Shown: positions 50,780-62,902, counted from the whole stretch's first letter. The stretch is 62,902 bases of DNA, filler included, from Choristocarpus tenellus KU-1152 (GCA_964200185.2; 7 parts of 7 records of this genome joined end to end with filler, not necessarily neighbours in it); one strand, 5' to 3'. Notes: generated from the letters alone by a model not told the origin. Made by a program: numbers and translations.

Positions 50780-52236
50780 ATGTCGGACCCGTCTGATTGG
50801 GAGGACTGGGACCCGTCCCAAGGAAACTTTTTACATCACATGGTGGCGGGGTCAATCGCGGGAATCACCGAACACACGGTTATGTTTCCCGTGGACACGT
50901 TGAAAACCTACGTGCAATGCATGCATGAGTGCCCAGAGCGGGTGGCTGGGCAGAGAGTCCTGGAGATGGTGCGAGGACAGGGTATGCTGCGTCTCTGGCG
51001 TGGCGTAGGCACCATGTTTACTGGCTGCGTGCCAGCGCATGCCCTCTACTTCAGTGTGTTCGAGTACTGTAAGGTACATCCTCGTCATGCGTGCTTCTGA
51101 TTATGATATCGATGCAAGGACTAGCACGAAATTGTTCAGAGAGACATGTACGTGATTTTTCTGTGCTTTGCTTTGTTGCTCTGTTTACGTATGTTTCCTC
51201 TGCTCTCACTATTTGCCCAGGACAACCTGGGCGTGAATAGACCGGGGCATCACCCTGCCGGTGCGGCAATTGCGGGGGCATGCGCGACCATCTTTCATGA
51301 CGCTGTTATGACCCCAATGGATGTAATCAAGCAGCGCCTGCAGCTGGGCTACCACAGGGGCATCTTAGACTGTATACAAACAGTTAGACAAACAGAGGGT
51401 CTCGAGGTTTGTTGACATGGTATTTCCCCCTGGTTCAGTGCTTAAGTGATAATAAATGTACCCTTGAATGAGAGTTCCCTCTCAATTCTTCCTTATGCTT
51501 GATATTTTCTCCTCCCCTTGCAGTGAGCCGAACTCTCTGCAACATTCAAGTTACATGAGACACACCTTGTATCTCTACTGGATGCCTATCTATTGGGTTA
51601 GAGACTACACCGGTGAAGTGCCGAGATGAGAAGAATATGGAACCTCCTACCAAATATTCACCCACTCCCTCGATCGCAGACTACAGTGCAATCCATGAAC
51701 ACAATTCAATTCATTCATGCACACCTCTTTTCTTCCCCTTGACAAACCCCACTTCCTCCTCATCCTGGCAGGCATTCTACCGCAGCTTCCCCATTACACT
51801 TTTTATGAACATTCCATACGGATGTGTGATGGTAGCTGTCAACGAGAGCATCAAGCAGACCTTACAACCTGGGGGTGAATTTGACACTCAAACGTACATG
51901 ATTGCTGGGAGCGGAGCTGGGGCAGTTGCTGCCTTTTCCACCACCCCGCTAGATGTGGTAAAGACTCGCCTGCAGACACAGGCAGCACCAGCTGTGGTGT
52001 ATTATCATCATCCCTCACACCAAAGTGGATCAGAGGGTGCAAAAGCTGGACCTCGGCGAGGATTCAGCTGGGCTAAGCAGTTTTGGGGTGGATCAGGGCA
52101 GGGGCAGGGCATGAGTCAAGGGGGAATAGTATTGCAGGGAACTGCCATGCACAGCGCTGCAACACGTTGCACGAAGGGACATTGTGGTGCTGAGCAGCCA
52201 CAGGTGGTGTTGCGATACCAGGGTCTTCTGGATGCG
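50780..52236 (+). CDS. MFRN: Mitochondrial carrier, mitoferrin/MRS3-MRS4 type iron importer (last exon missing)
   Basis: Exons 50780-51073, 51221-51406, 51772-52236. Three PxDxxKxR-type carrier motifs (PVDTLKT, PMDVIKQR, PLDVVKTR) plus mitoferrin signatures EHTVMFP, GCVPAHALYF, HDAVMTP and FYRSFPITLFMNIPY. Confidence 0.93.
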
Positions 52237-53014
52237 GTGAGTAAGCAACAGCCTATAGGAAGGAGCATATGGTGCGGCTAGGGTTAGTGTTACTGTTTTG
52301 TACTTGTGGTGGGGTTGAGGTTATTTTTATCATACTTTCGCCATGGATGCATGTTCAACTGAGCATGATTAAGTAACAGCTCGTGAAAGTGTTGAAGTTG
52401 AAGTAGACAGTGAGAGAAAATTTGTACTACCGTTAACGTTTTTATTACAAGTACTTTAGTGGGCAAATGTTGAGTATAGTGCTTATGTGTTTTCTTCCCA
52501 TAGGGTAAGTGTTGAATTTCATCAGCATTTTGTGGGGCTTTGGGTGCCTTCTATTGGGTGCAAATTTTTCAGATCGGTTTTGCTAGCAGGCAGAACCACC
52601 TTGATATTATCAGGGCGCTTGCAATAATCTTCTGAATAGAGTAGCCTTCAAGTACGTGTATGGGAGGGGGTTTCTTTCAGAAAATTGACAGGGGGGAACA
52701 CCCGTGAAATATTTTGTTCTTATTTATTTAAATGCTTTGCATTTAGACCACAGAGAATTTTTGGTCCGTGATAGTCCATAATAGTTCTCTTTTCACTGTC
52801 TGCGAATTTTCCCTAGCGATCTGCCAGTAAAAAAGACTGAAACGGTTCTATTTTGAGGTTTGAACCAGAGCAGTAGTAGTAGTAGTATGAGCCTTTTTTT
52901 TATAGAAGCGTATGTCCTATTTTTTTTATAGAGCCAACAACTGATCCGAGAAGAGGCTTGTTATCATTGGTGACTTCAAAAGTAGTTGAATTTCTCAAGG
53001 GCGGGGAGGGGGGG

Positions 53015-53114
53015 NNNNNNNNNNNNNNNNNNNNNNNNNNNNNNNNNNNNNNNNNNNNTTAATTAATTAANNNNNNNNNNNNNNNNNNNNNNNNNNNNNN
53101 NNNNNNNNNNNNNN
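53015..53114. other. Artificial contig linker
   Basis: Same structure. Confidence 0.98.
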
Positions 53115-53158
53115 GTGAAAAACGGACGCCGACACCCCCCCCCAAGATACTTTGACCC

Positions 53159-53399
53159 CAATTGAGAGGTGGGTAGGTTTGAACCCTTTTGGATTCTAAG
53201 CCACATTTCTTAGTCTATGCAATGCACTCCACTTCATTGTTGTATGTGCACAATGGCGCATGCAAGATTGATATTCCTCCCTTTCACGCACAAAAGAATT
53301 CAGCAAAGACTCTTTCCGCAATTGTACAAAATGACATATTTTTTCCCTTTATCGGGGTCCTTAGATTCACCCCTACCTACCTCTCAGTTGGTTTGACTC
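53159..53399. mobile_element. MITE family C; left end abutted by a family B end
   Basis: CAATTGAGAGGTGGGTAGGTTTG...CTCTCAGTTGGTTTGACTC aligns along its length with 57530-57785. Confidence 0.8.
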
Positions 53400-54612
53400 T
53401 GTATGCCCCGACAAGTTGAGGTTACCCGGTCATTTGCGCCATTAACCGCATATGCTACCTAAAACCAATCTATATCCCGAGACAAGCATACAAAGTAGGG
53501 CAGAAATACGATTCCTAACACTGTACCCCCCTACATCCTACGTAGCACAGACAGCTGAAGTAACTGTACCTATGCATGCAAAAAATATGGAGTAGATATG
53601 TAGTCTGCAAGGTAGAGAATACACTACATGCATACGATCTGAGAAATTAACGGAGAGTTAAGGGTTTCAAGTACAACTCCTGCAAAAAGTTAGGGTTCCT
53701 TGTCAACTATGTATCGACCTCTAACTTCAGGAGAGGTGTAGCAATAGAATAAGAGTTCTGGCACAAACCAAGAAACTATGACTAAACCAAAGAATTGTTG
53801 ACTTGATGAACGTATTGCTCATAAAGTGGACAATCAGACGGCGTGTGTTAAGTGCAGTGTGTAATGGAGGAGTGCCGATGTATCCATTTGCAGAGTCTCA
53901 AATCAGGAGTCTCAGTTTCTGTAGAGAGTATCTCCCCAAACAGAACTGTATGGTATACACTCGTCAGGTAGTTTTCCTGTGACCTTATTTGCTCTTCTAT
54001 GAGGGGACATGGCTAAAAATCGTGATTTGGATAGATGGTGGCAAAGTACTGAAGGAAGTGTGGAGACCCCTTGTCTTAACGCTGCTGCCAGGTCATGGGA
54101 GAACTGTCAAGGTCCTCTGGGTTTACAACAATTCAGGGATCTTGTGAAGGATACACTAACTACTTAGCATCCTTAAACAAGGTAGAATACTTGATATGAT
54201 CGCAGTGTAACTGGGACATGAGCTCGTTTTTTCTGAACAGCGATGGAGAGTAAGAAAGGAGAGGCACAGATCTTGCAAGATTTCATAATTTTCTGGACTT
54301 GAGAAAACAGAAAACAAACCCAGCATTCACCTGACTGTTTTGATGTGCTCCATTCCTCCTCGTCTTCATGCTGCAACTATGGACTAATTGGTAGATACTT
54401 GTTCTTCTCGATTTGCGATTTACGCGTTCAATCAACATAATGTGGAGTACGCCAGAAATCCTTTAATTAGTTACGATAGTTACATCTAGTTATTTGCAAT
54501 TTCCCTTTCCAGAAACAACGACCAAAAAACAGTGATGGGTGTGAGTATCAGACGCCCCTTCCAGATTTACGCTTGACTTTCTACCTCGTAACTTCTTTGA
54601 CCTTGTATGTCA

Positions 54613-54829
54613 GAGCCATCTTCCAAAGAAGGTATACCTCTAAGGTAACCTATCTTGAAGAATTTGTTGTTCGTGCGATATTTGTTTTTGCATGATTGAA
54701 GGTAACATACGCTTGAAGTAAATAGTGAGTGGTTTGAGGGGACTTTGCAAACCCCTCATTCACTTTCCACTTGTTCAGTTTCTTCAATATAGGTTATCTT
54801 AGAGGTATTCCTTATTTGGAAGATGGCTC
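54613..54829. mobile_element. MITE family D (~50-bp TIRs, GAGCC...GGCTC ends)
   Basis: GAGCCATCTTCCAAAGAAGGTATACCTCTAAGGTAACCTATCTTGAAGAA is the near-perfect reverse complement of TTCTTCAATATAGGTTATCTTAGAGGTATTCCTTATTTGGAAGATGGCTC. No clear TSD. Confidence 0.75.
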
Positions 54830-57529
54830 TCGCATGTACCTTTTTTTAATAGCGTCAGTGGATGTGTATAATCTCTACAAAATGCTCAAGGGAGGGGAAG
54901 TATTTTGCAGGCACGCTTAGCAAATGACAGCAAGTATTGTGGGATAAAGAAACATAGGAATCAAATATTGGGAAATTTGTATAACTTTTTTTCTCCCTAC
55001 TAAGGATTTGTTTGTTGCAAACATACAGAAATTCGAAAATGCTTCAAATAGTTGAAGATGCTGTGATAATCGAGGGGCTTCAATGACCAATATTCGAATA
55101 TATCACGATAATTCGAAACCCAACACACAGGGATAATTTTCGATTGAGTATTGACAGTACAAAACCGAGCTGCGCGAACTGCATCGATAATACGACAATA
55201 TCAAAAATGTAAACTTCGAAATATTTCAACTGCAACATTCCCCTACACATTATCAAATGCAGTGTCCAGGAACTATGCGGAGACTCTGTCGCGCACCCGT
55301 TAGACGTACACAGAGTGGCATCTGGTAGTCCGTGCATATAGGGAAAGTTGTACCAAAGTTACTACAACGTATTGTAATGACCACCTTCATACCAAGGTAT
55401 ACTTTTAAAGTGCCCATCCTTTGAAGGTACACCTCATAATATGTTTCTTCGTCTAGCAGCAGCACCAATCAACATCAGGTTGTCAAGTAGAGCTTACAAG
55501 CCACCCTCATTCACTTCCCTGATAGACCTTCTCAGGCTTACTTACCCTCCTGCCTTGTTTCCCTCCCTTTCATTCCTCCTGTAACTCGTCCTGCTCACCT
55601 TCATTCTGAAGACCCTGTCTGCCAGTTTCACCTGTTTTACATTGGCGACGACTTTCAGCAGTTCTGAAATGAGAGAGTCGATCAAGGGACACTCTTATTA
55701 CATTGTCCGTGCTTCGAGTACCACACGCCTGCCCTGCACGAATGTCACATCGTTCCGATTAGTATGCAGTTCGATCCAAGAGACGAAACACCACGTCCCA
55801 CACAACTAAGAAGCGTTTTAAAATATCAATGACGGAGGAATTAAAAGAAAACGAGCCAGCCGAACACCTTCTATCATCCGTCCATGGCCAAGATCGTTCC
55901 TTTGATAAGATTCTCTTGGAGAATGAGAGCAAGCATCTCCACAAATCGTCTCAAATTTTGTCGAGACGGATTCCTGGTTGGTCGACCAGAGTGTTGTGCA
56001 ACAATTCATGTTTGGTGGGAACTCATACGCTAGTTCGGGCTCCAAATCCACATTCCCCACCTCCACAAACCCAGAATATCCCACTGATGTCACCACAGAT
56101 ATTCTCTATAACTCCACCAGTGCCATCTGCTGCAGACCTGCGTGTTACAGTAATCTCAACGCCGAATTAAAAGAAGCGGTCGAGGCTACATGTTTACCAA
56201 ACACGGACCTTGTAAGGACTCTGTCGGAGACTAGGGACACGACTAATGTAAGGTAGTTTGCATCTATTTCCCACACGAATATTTTTCCAAAATTGATGTT
56301 ACCTAACTTCCCCAAAGACGTGCGTCTTCCTTCCCCCACAACTGATATCTCTAGCCCTAAATATTAAATATTTCAATGTTAGTGATACTAATCATAAATA
56401 TTTGTTATCTTTAGTGGAATTCACTAGTCAATTTTAATTGCAATTTAATCCGATCAAAACATTCACATAGAGCACAAATTGAGGTCATCATTCGCCCAGT
56501 ACCGTCGACAGAAAGTCAAGCGCATTGCACAAAATGAACAATTGATAATTTTCCCCTTCAATTTTCGGTTTCGATTAGTAACCACGATTTAGTCGAATCG
56601 TAACGATTTAATCCCCACGATTCACCAAACTGAAGAGATATGGTTCGGTTGGGGATGGGGAAGGAAGGATGACACAAACTGACCATGCATCAACTCCAGT
56701 CATACCGGACGAAGCAAGCATGCAGATGGATTTTAGTGCTAGTCACTCCAACTGTCACACTAATAGTCACCCTAGCTGTTACAGGTGGGTAGAGCGACAC
56801 TGGGGTCAACCTTACATAACGGGTACAATGCATTCAACACGAAACAGGTACGCATGTTGAAACACGTAACTTCCTCTACGTTTGAAGCCCAACATATATA
56901 GGTGGATGTCATAAGATCACAAAAGCTTTCAGGCACGAGATCCTCAAGGATGGCATTCTTCCTGTCCCTGTATATGTAGCACCAAATAGTGTGATACACA
57001 TCGTCATATCTTCACACACTGTTTTTCTTTTAGGACAGGCGACAGGCGGTCAACCCTTGGGGAAAGGATATCAGACAGTGGACCGCATACCTGTGCTTTG
57101 TGGGTATTTCCCAAAGTAGTAAGAATGTTCGATGAGGCTCACATTTGTAGATACAGGTATTCCGTTATTATTGTGTGTGCGTGGTCTTATTGCACCCCGT
57201 ATTGTATGACTTGAGTGGTATTGTAGCAAATTTCAGCATGAGTGCTGTAAGTCGTGTTGAGAAAACAAATTGAGTATCTTAGACAACATCGAAGGAGCAG
57301 ATTTTCAATTATGGTTTCATCTAGATTTTTGGGGGGGAGGTTCTACCTAAAATCCCACAACATAAATAGGGGTTATGAGGGAAATTGTTACCATATGCTC
57401 CTACATCTGCTACAGGGAGGGAGCCTTTTTTGCCTACATGCTACCTAGGCAGTACTTAAAAGTAGTAAATATGTCTGACAGCACCAGACTAGTTGGATGT
57501 ATTACGCAGAAAATAAAAACTAGGGAGTT

Positions 57530-57785
57530 GAGCCAAATCAATTGAGAGAAGTGTGTAGGTTTGGACCATTTGCATTCTAAGCCATCTTCTTGCTCACTAC
57601 AATACACTCTATTCCACTGCTTTATGTGCACAATAGCGCATGCAAAATTGATATTCCCCCTTTCCGCACACAACGTGACATCACAATTCAGCAAAGTCTT
57701 TTTCTGCAATTTGTACAGAAGCATATTTTGGCCTTTCTCAGGATCCTCAAATGCAACCCTGCCTACCTCTTAGTGGGCTTGACTC
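57530..57785. mobile_element. MITE family C (~256 bp; ends GAGCCAAATCAATTGAGAG / CTCTTAGTGGGCTTGACTC)
   Basis: Imperfect inverted ends and a perfect 4-bp TSD AGTT (57526-57529, 57786-57789); homologous copies at 53159-53399 and 42215-42747. Confidence 0.85.
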
Positions 57786-58398
57786 AGTTAATATCTTGCG
57801 CCATAGAGACAGTGGGCCTTGGTACCTCGGCAGAAACTTTTATCACTCTGCATAAGACGTTCTCTCTCTATACATACAACATCTTTGAGTTTCACGCTAT
57901 CCTGTCTTAGAGGATAGTGTAGTTGAGCATTTTAGCCCCCCCCAGCGCTTGCCTTCTGATTCGTTCACTTCTAGCACTCTACGAGCCGATTTTGGTGCTG
58001 ATGCGGATGAACGTTCGTCTCATCTCCTACAGGGCTCTCTCCTGAGGGGGGTTAGCTCGAGTTTTGGCATGGGAAATTGTGTTTTAGAAATAATGTGTTT
58101 GAATGCCCTAAATGCTCAGAAGGGCCTACAGATAGACCCCCTTCCATAGTTGACATACACGATAGTAGATTATATTTGTCCATGATAACCTGAAGGCTGA
58201 CAATCAATAACATCCCGTGACGATAATATTATTCTTTGCTCTGTAAGCTCCAGTGGGACTGTAAACAAAAAATAAATGCATTCAATCGTCCGCCATGAGA
58301 ACAACTATTTCAAGGCCGAGTTAATGCGGCTCGTTGGGATGACATGGTGGGATGATGTGGACTCAATGTTCTTGAAGGGGGTGACTTGAATTGAGGGA

Positions 58399-58652
58399 AG
58401 GTGAAAGTATCTTAGAGGATACAAGTTTTGCCCTGTTTTTCCATTTGGGGCTTGGTTTCCCATGGGTATTTTTATTACATTTTCACTCAAAGTTTGTCGG
58501 AGTAGGTAAAACGTATACTTTATGAAAAGTTGTGTCCGGAACAAGGGATACTGACACTTCCTAACAAACACGATAGCCAAAATTACATCGAAGTCACAAC
58601 ATTGGATTTTGGCCCCCAAATGGACGCGGCTTCCTCTGAGATACTTTGGCTC
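58399..58652. mobile_element. MITE family A
   Basis: GTGAAAGTATCTTAGAGG...CCTCTGAGATACTTTGGCTC with the same internal sequence as the other copies. Confidence 0.85.
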
Positions 58653-59757
58653 GGATATCCAATGACCGAGTGCATCCAGATGAAGTTTTTGTTTTGACAA
58701 GTTAAGTCCTGTCAATGGAGAATTTTCCGATTGAATCCATCTCACAAAGGAGGGTAGTATACCTCCAATATTGATATTTGAATGTCGTACATAAGCCATC
58801 TGAATATCTCGGATTATTCTGGATGCCAACAACCCTTCAAACAACAACCATAGTTTGAACCAACCTATTGGCCAGGTCCGTGTACTTTGTTGCTCCTCGC
58901 ACTGACTAGGTCTTGCATTTCACAACATACGGTTTGATCGCCTGCAACACGATCTAGTGTTAATTTTGAGTCACAAACTATGATGTATGAAGAACAACCA
59001 AAGAGATGTACGAATGAAGGAGGTAATCATGAGTCTGGTGCTGAAGATAAGGTCTACGCAGAGGCACTCCAGAATAACGACTACGTATTGTATCTTTTGT
59101 CGTGCAATAATTCTGTTTGCTACGCACACCCATTTGAAGAAAAGAACATCCTAGACTAGACTGAACTACTCGGAATAAACAGAACACGCAGACAGAAAAA
59201 CAGGCAGACAGGCAGATCTTAAAAAAAAAAGAAGAGGGATGGAGCATATATAGGATACACTTGAGAATGCATGGTAGGAACTTGACCCTAACCCTAACCC
59301 TGTGACCAGAACACCGTATTAAAATATTTTAGGGTTTTAGAGGAGAAGAAGTAAGAAACAAAAAAAAAGAAGTTGAGATACAGCATAATGGGAAAGATCT
59401 ATCTGAAAAATGTAACATAGAAGGGGATGTCAAGACCCAGTCACTACTTTTATAGCAAAATACATTGGACCAGTAGTAGTATACACACTTTCTCTTCTCA
59501 TGGTTGGAACGTGAATTCAACACAAAGTCGATTGCCGTTCACAGTACCATGCTACGCACTATGCAAGGAATGATACGAAAAAGTATGAATACTACAGCGA
59601 TCTTGAATTCAAGATACATACGTTGAGCAGAGTTGAGGTAAGAAATGTACCAGAAATGTAAGGTGAAAAGTAGTCGAAAAAGTAGTCTAATATATACTGC
59701 CCCAACATACTAAGGGAGAAGGTTCAATGTGCGGGGGCCTTTTTCAATCCTTCCCCC

Positions 59758-59857
59758 NNNNNNNNNNNNNNNNNNNNNNNNNNNNNNNNNNNNNNNNNNN
59801 NTTAATTAATTAANNNNNNNNNNNNNNNNNNNNNNNNNNNNNNNNNNNNNNNNNNNN
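59758..59857. other. Artificial contig linker
   Basis: Same structure. Confidence 0.98.
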
Positions 59858-59901
<44 letters not shown>

Positions 59902-59955
59902 CCTTCCCCCCCCCCCCCCCCCCCCCCCCCCCCTCTGTGTGCACCCATCCCTCAG

Positions 59956-62163
59956 GATGCAATGGATGCAAGCCGACGACATCTCTTCAAGCCAACGCTA
60001 ATATGGTCCATGGCGGGAATATCCCTCTTCTACCTAGCCTTTGCCTGCTGCGGCTACCTCGCCTTCGGGGGAGAAGTCAAAGAGTTCATCACCTTGGTGC
60101 GTGTGCATTGTGTGAATGAATAAACTATAGGGGAACTTGTTCTCTTTTTTTTATTAAAGAAAAGACGAAAGAAAAAAGAAGTGATGTTGAAAATATACTG
60201 TTTTAGTAGTCCTGGTGATGTGAAAAAGATACATCTTTTCTTTAAAAAAAAAAAAAAGTGAGCAGAAGTCTTTTTTTTTTNNNNNNNNNNAAAATATACT
60301 GTTTTATTAGTTATGGTAAAAAAAAAAAAAAAAAAATATTATTAAAAAAAAAAAAAAAGTGAGCAGAAGTCTTTTTTTTTTTTAGAGGTTATTTTGATGG
60401 TGACCTGAAGTGGAATTTTAATTTTAATACTGTGTTTAAGGTAAAAATAGGCCGTCGAAGAGTCCCTTGCCCTCTTTTTATTTTTATTTTTATTTTTATT
60501 CATTCATCGGAGTGTGTACATTACAGCACCGGTATCGCTGGCTCTTTAGCTGGTTCAGAGTTGTTGCTTCCAAAAGAAGAGGCTCAGTCTTTCCACCTAC
60601 TTTCAGTTTGTTTGTTTTTTTTGTCCATTTCATATGATGCAGAGCTCTCAACAACGGATGCTGTTCTGTGCTATTTAAGTTTTTCTTTATTCCGTTGTTC
60701 GTGGTGTGTGTTTGTTTTGCCTCACCTACTCTACCTTCTTGTCTTTTTCAGATTTTTTTTTAATAATTATAAATGTGACTACCCAGGGTGCTTGCTTGCT
60801 AGTTGGCGCCTTCTGTGCTTTACCCATATCTCATGAGATGTGTATCATTGAGGTCATCTCCTGTCTCTTCTTTTTTTTGTAATTCAGCGTGAGAAAAAGA
60901 AAGAAAAAATTATTTTCGCAAAATACAGATGATTTATCCGAAGAACCTGCATGGTGTATTGCTCGGCTCACCTACCTGGGAGTAAGTGCCCAACAGTCGT
61001 TTGTATTTTTTTATGTATGTTGTAATGGTCCTACACCAGAATTTTCCAGGACTTTTCTTAAGGCCAGGAAAATGTGAGGTGGCAACCAGTCTGCAGGCCA
61101 CACCAGTTCCAATGTTAGTTTCTAACAGGTCCGCCACATTGTTGGACCTTGTCCCGGTCCATGGACGCCTTCTATAGTAAGGAATTTTTGGGTTTTTTGT
61201 ATTGTTCCGCCCAATGGAGTTCTTCATTGAATCTGTGAAGTCTGACTGTAGGATCTTGTTCACAATGTCTGGTTCAGTGGGGGGGTACCTGGGCGGGATG
61301 CTGGAGTTCTCTCTAGTCTAGTCTGAGATTTTTGGTGTAAGGGGGGTTGACTTCGCCCTCTCATTTCAATCTGCAATGGACTGACCGTCATTGGTTTCAT
61401 GTCAGTGAGAGTTTGATGTTTTCAAAAGATAGAATGAAAGAAAGACAAAATAGTTTTCCAAATCATAGCTCCCCGCGTAATAGTCATTTTTATTTTATAC
61501 ATCACAGCAAAATGAGAAATACAGAGCGGTTTTGTGAACTGACTCTTTTTTTTCTTTTTTTTTCTTTTTTTTTGGGGGGGGGTCCAGCAGTGTCATGTAT
61601 CGCTCACCAGTAGGTACTAGTAGGAATCACGAGAACCATTCCAGGCACACCATGAAGTTGTTGGAACCTGTCTGGTGTGTGGACCTGAACAATATTCCTA
61701 TATTTCCTGGCGTGTCTGAACCAGGTCCGAGTTTCTGAACCTGTTTGGTACTCAGTCCAGACAGGTTCAAATATTTTCCGGCGGGTTCAATACCAGGGTG
61801 GTCAGAGATTGTATCCAGACCGGCCTGCAGTCGCATTAGAACCAAAGATGGTACAAACACAGCCCCAGCCCATTCTCAGTTAGTGAGTACATGTACATTA
61901 TCATGTTGGTGAGAGATTACTATTATTATTATTATTATTATTATTTTTGGACATGGTTTGACTGGTCCGATCTGATAATAGAAAAGTGAATAAATAAGTA
62001 AATGTATGTCCATGAATGTCAAACTACTGTTTCGAATTGTTTAGATCAATAATGACCTGCCCACAGTCATTCTGTTTACACATACTGATGAAAAGCCCTT
62101 GAATTTTTTTGATACCTAACCCTATTGTGCTTTCATGTATATACAACATTATGATATCGACTT

Positions 62164-62228
<65 letters not shown>

Positions 62229-62466
62229 TTTCCCCACATCTCTCCATTCNNNNNNNNNNGTTTTAGAAGGGTGTCTTCCCCGGCTTTTTTTGTTTTTTTT
62301 ATATTAAACCATATGATTTTCCCTCCCACCCCCCCCCCCCCCCCCCCCCCCCTTTCCCTCCTCGAAGGACCTTCCGGATGATTCTACTTCAGGAGTAATC
62401 ACGCGATTGGCCTACAGCCTGGCCCTGATCCTGACATATCCATTGCAGCTCTTTCCTGCTGTGAAT
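59956..62466 (+). CDS. Amino acid/auxin permease (AAAP, Aa_trans; SLC36/AVT-like) transporter, two internal exons
   Basis: Exon 59956-60096 (DAMD...FKPTLIWSMAGISLFYLAFACCGYLAFGGEVKEFITL) joins in phase 0 to exon 62368-62466 (DLPDDS...LAYSLALILTYPLQLFPAVN). GYLAFG...ITLxLP and TYPLQ are typical motifs. Confidence 0.88.
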
Positions 62467-62902
62467 GTATGTGCCAAACCTCATCATACCATGATCTAAC
62501 TATCATTTTCAAACATTTTCATAGTTCCCAGTGATAGTTAGATCTCAGTACCATATCTGATAATGGTAGTCAGGTGAAACAACCATGTAGGAGGTGGCGG
62601 GGTATTTAGGATAAAGATAGTGTTGTGGGGGACTGCGGTATGCCCTGTTTGGGCGATGGCGTGGTTGTGAGTTATTTAGCTTTTCTTTTTTGGGGGTCAG
62701 ACTGCATTTCATTCGCTGATGGTGTGATGGTACCGGATGTCCCCATGTGTGTATGGGTTATGAATTGTCGTTTATTTCTTAACCTAGCTTGTGTGTTGAG
62801 TCGCATCTGATAGTCAAGTGCTCAAAGGGACTTGTGTGTGTGTGTGTGTGTGGGGGGGGGGGGGGGGTGCCGCGGGGGGGTTTTGGGGCGACGGGGTGGG
62901 GC

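Noticed and set aside
22237-52236. Iron/redox gene cluster (inositol dehydrogenase, thioredoxin, mitoferrin)
   Set aside because: The genes lie on different contigs separated by linkers and are interspersed with housekeeping genes; linkage is unproven.
53850-54380. Minus-strand spliced gene starting MKTRRNG
   Set aside because: Plausible splice sites but early stops in all downstream frames and no recognisable product.
16781-59857. Recurrent TTAATTAATTAA motif as a biological element
   Set aside because: Always centred in N44 blocks; it is an artificial six-frame stop linker.
62109-62381. Poly-Pro/poly-Gly ORFs
   Set aside because: Translations of homopolymer C tracts next to gaps; low-quality intronic sequence.

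Overview
Eukaryotic, intron-rich, AT-leaning nuclear DNA, most consistent with a photosynthetic stramenopile (ochrophyte, brown-alga-like; inferred from a bipartite plastid-targeting peptide and the gene/intron style). It is not one continuous molecule: seven pieces are joined by 100-nt artificial linkers (N44-TTAATTAATTAA-N44), so synteny across linkers is unproven. Spliced gene models reconstructed by hand: a TPR-like/J-like protein (partial, HPD replaced by HVD), a complete plastid-targeted IolG-type inositol 2-dehydrogenase, a complete WCGPC thioredoxin, a complete RPL39, and partial MetAP1, VPS13-type (Chorein_N), mitoferrin and AAAP amino-acid-transporter genes. Non-genic DNA contains at least four MITE families with related G(R)G...C(Y)C ends and 3-4 bp target duplications, a nested MITE, a Tc1/IS630-type transposase relic broken by a 4-bp duplication, RTE-like and RLE-type LINE relics, and decayed F-box/LRR-like fragments. 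No CRISPR, rRNA or tRNA was seen. I found no clearly new biological system. The best leads are the MITE network, the splice-site pattern (28 of 33 intron positions phase 0, frequent RAG acceptors, two GC donors), the plastid inositol dehydrogenase and the HVD J-like protein.
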